NCBI GenBank assembly: GCA_044376395.1
Contig: JBILKY010000001.1
Location: 1 to 42,400, forward strand
Origin: Chthoniobacteraceae bacterium
GTDB lineage: Bacteria; Verrucomicrobiota; Verrucomicrobiia; Chthoniobacterales; Chthoniobacteraceae
Reading direction: 5' to 3'
Length of the DNA: 42,400 nucleotides
Shown here: in pieces, positions 41,108 through 42,400 of the stretch
How the letters are laid out: every line of letters begins with the position of its first letter
Position numbering within the stretch: position 1 is the stretch's first letter
The notes under the pieces: generated by a model
Seen by the model: only the letters and a program-made list of their open reading frames with translations
Database searches by the model: none
Told to the model about the DNA's origin: nothing
Translations under genes and position numbers: made by a program

Positions 41108-42192
41108 ATGCTGATCTCAACACATTTCTTCAAGCGTGGACCGGAGGCGGCGACATTCCTGCGGCAGAGTCCGAGCGGGTACTGCTGCGTTTTGAAAATG
41201 ATCCGGCGTTTCGCGCTGAGTGCATCGACGAAATTCGGCTTCTCGGAATGCTCAAAGCGGCGCAGTCGACTTCCCCTCGCTGGCTCGACGTTCAGGATGC
41301 GATTGGTTTCGGGCAATCCCACGATGCCGATGCGGTGTCTATTGATCTTTCCAACGCCGTCATGCAGCGCGTCAAAAGTGAGGAGCGCAAAAAGTCCCGT
41401 GCGAGGGAATGGTTTGCTTGGAGGCCGATTACGGCTGCCGCGGCCGGGCTCGCCATCGGGTTGCTGAGCGCCTCTGTGGTGTACGGCATCGGGACGCGAT
41501 CGATTGTGAAAACAATGTCGATTTTACAGGACAGTTTTGAGTCTGGACCTGCGCCGTTAGTCACGGGTGTCCCCGCAGGCGCAATGCAGTGGAGCGGCGA
41601 TTATTCAGAGGTTGTCGGCGCAGAGAGCGGGTTGAAGCCGAAGGACGGATCAAAAATGGTGCGTCTGCTGCGCTCCGACCATCAGGGCCGCACCATCCCT
41701 CGTCCCAGCCGGCAGGGCGACCTGATGCGGCTGATCGACGTGCGCCCGCTTTTGAACGCAGCCAGTGGTGGGGAGTCAGTGGTCACGCTTTCCGCACTTT
41801 TCAATGCTGTTCCATGCCCGGCCGACGAAATTTACGATGGAATGGTCACCGTGTACGCGCTCGCTGGCGACATCGATCTGCAGAGTGCGACTGAGGACAC
41901 CGTCAGGAGCGATGCGCTCGCATTCAGCTTGGGCAGGTTTGGCACCCTCGACCACGATTCATCCACATGGCAGCAAGTCTCCGCCCAACTGTTGCTCCCG
42001 CAAGGCACCGCGTTTGTGATGCTCAAGGTGTCCGTGCTGCGCAAACCTCCCGAGGAAACCGGCGGACCGGCGCTGCCGGATCCGGTGAGCTTCGCTGGGC
42101 ACTTCGTGGACGACGTCCGTGCGTCGATCCGGATTCGGGATACATCGAGCGCACCTAAGAGCGCAGCGGTGCGGCCCTCAGTGCATGAGTGA
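41104..42192 (+). CDS. Anti-sigma factor (single-pass membrane protein with an uncharacterised periplasmic domain)
   Basis: ATGA overlap with the sigma gene. The short cytoplasmic N-terminus (LLRFENDPAFRAECIDEIRLLGMLKA) is typical of PVC anti-sigma proteins. One TM is present (ITAAAAGLAIGLLSASVVYGI). Confidence 0.7.
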   Translation: MNADLNTFLQAWTGGGDIPAAESERVLLRFENDPAFRAECIDEIRLLGMLKAAQSTSPRWLDVQDAIGFGQSHDADAVSIDLSNAVMQRVKSEERKKSRAREWFAWRPITAAAAGLAIGLLSASVVYGIGTRSIVKTMSILQDSFESGPAPLVTGVPAGAMQWSGDYSEVVGAESGLKPKDGSKMVRLLRSDHQGRTIPRPSRQGDLMRLIDVRPLLNAASGGESVVTLSALFNAVPCPADEIYDGMVTVYALAGDIDLQSATEDTVRSDALAFSLGRFGTLDHDSSTWQQVSAQLLLPQGTAFVMLKVSVLRKPPEETGGPALPDPVSFAGHFVDDVRASIRIRDTSSAPKSAAVRPSVHE

Positions 42193-42196
42193 ACCC

Positions 42197-42400
42197 ATGA
42201 GCCCTTCACTGTTCCTCCCCAAAGCTGTCAAGCCCGCATCCGCGCGTGTTCTCGTTTTTTTACTCGTTCTTTGTGGAGTGCCGCTCGCGCAGTCAGGCGC
42301 ATGGGGTGCCGCTCCAGTCCGTCCGCGGATCGATCCTGCAGAGCTTCCCGCACCGCTGACGCGGCCCGTGAAGTACTTTGGGGATATTCATCCCATCCTT
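42197..42400 (+). CDS. N-terminus of a PSCyt/DUF1549-DUF1553-type protein; the gene runs off the right edge
   Basis: Open frame from ATG 42197. My translation is MSPSLFLPKAVKPASARVLVFLLVLCGVPLAQSGAWGAAPVRPRIDPAELPAPLTRPVKYFGDIHPIL. The V.YF.DI.PIL string normally precedes the CxxCH of the planctomycete cytochrome c domain, which would lie just outside the window. Confidence 0.5.
   Translation, partial: MSPSLFLPKAVKPASARVLVFLLVLCGVPLAQSGAWGAAPVRPRIDPAELPAPLTRPVKYFGDIHPIL

Noticed and set aside
1-42400. A scan of the window for CRISPR arrays, rRNA, tRNA, reverse transcriptase/retron/DGR components, integrases and transposases.
   Set aside because: I saw no regularly spaced repeats with unique spacers, no rRNA-like conserved stretches, no foldable tRNA, and no ORF with integrase, transposase or RT motifs. 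The repeats present are dispersed, not arrayed.

Overview
GC-rich bacterial chromosomal window. It is most likely from the PVC superphylum (Verrucomicrobiota or Planctomycetota), because it carries DUF1592-type multi-domain cytochrome c proteins, DUF1552 (HXXSHH) proteins, a PSCyt-type N-terminus and an ECF sigma/anti-sigma pair. Layout by region follows.

- 0-5.7 kb: a cell-wall cluster of alanine racemase, a class A PBP and MurJ.
- 5.8-6.8 kb: a Tat-exported metallophosphoesterase.
- 6.8-12.4 kb: a minus-strand operon of signal peptidase I, a small membrane-anchored protein and two large tandem secreted paralogs of unknown function.
- 12.7-23.8 kb: mixed housekeeping and accessory genes. These are a secreted protein, a PQQ-like beta-propeller, a Nudix-SDR fusion, an alpha/beta hydrolase, a possible TIM-barrel protein, an active/inactive M16 peptidase pair, ApbE and a stand-alone CysJ-like FAD/NADPH module.
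- 24.0-32.6 kb: two DUF1592 + DUF1552 gene pairs. Each is preceded by a nearly identical ~94-nt noncoding module.
- 33.3-40.1 kb: an accessory patch. It holds DUF433/DUF5615 and VapBC toxin-antitoxin pairs, a frameshifted orphan ParE, an FHA/SUMF1 gene interrupted by a repeat, a secreted 558-581 aa protein with a nearby gene relic, and a three-ORF nucleotidyltransferase operon.
- 40.5-42.4 kb: an ECF sigma, an anti-sigma and the start of a PSCyt/DUF1549-type gene.

I saw no rRNA, convincing tRNA, CRISPR array, transposase or integrase.

The least explained signals are two short dispersed repeat families, the repeat-dense spacer at 28.06-28.66 kb, the lepB-linked paralog operon and the NTase operon. 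All family assignments come from motif recognition by eye. No database search was run.
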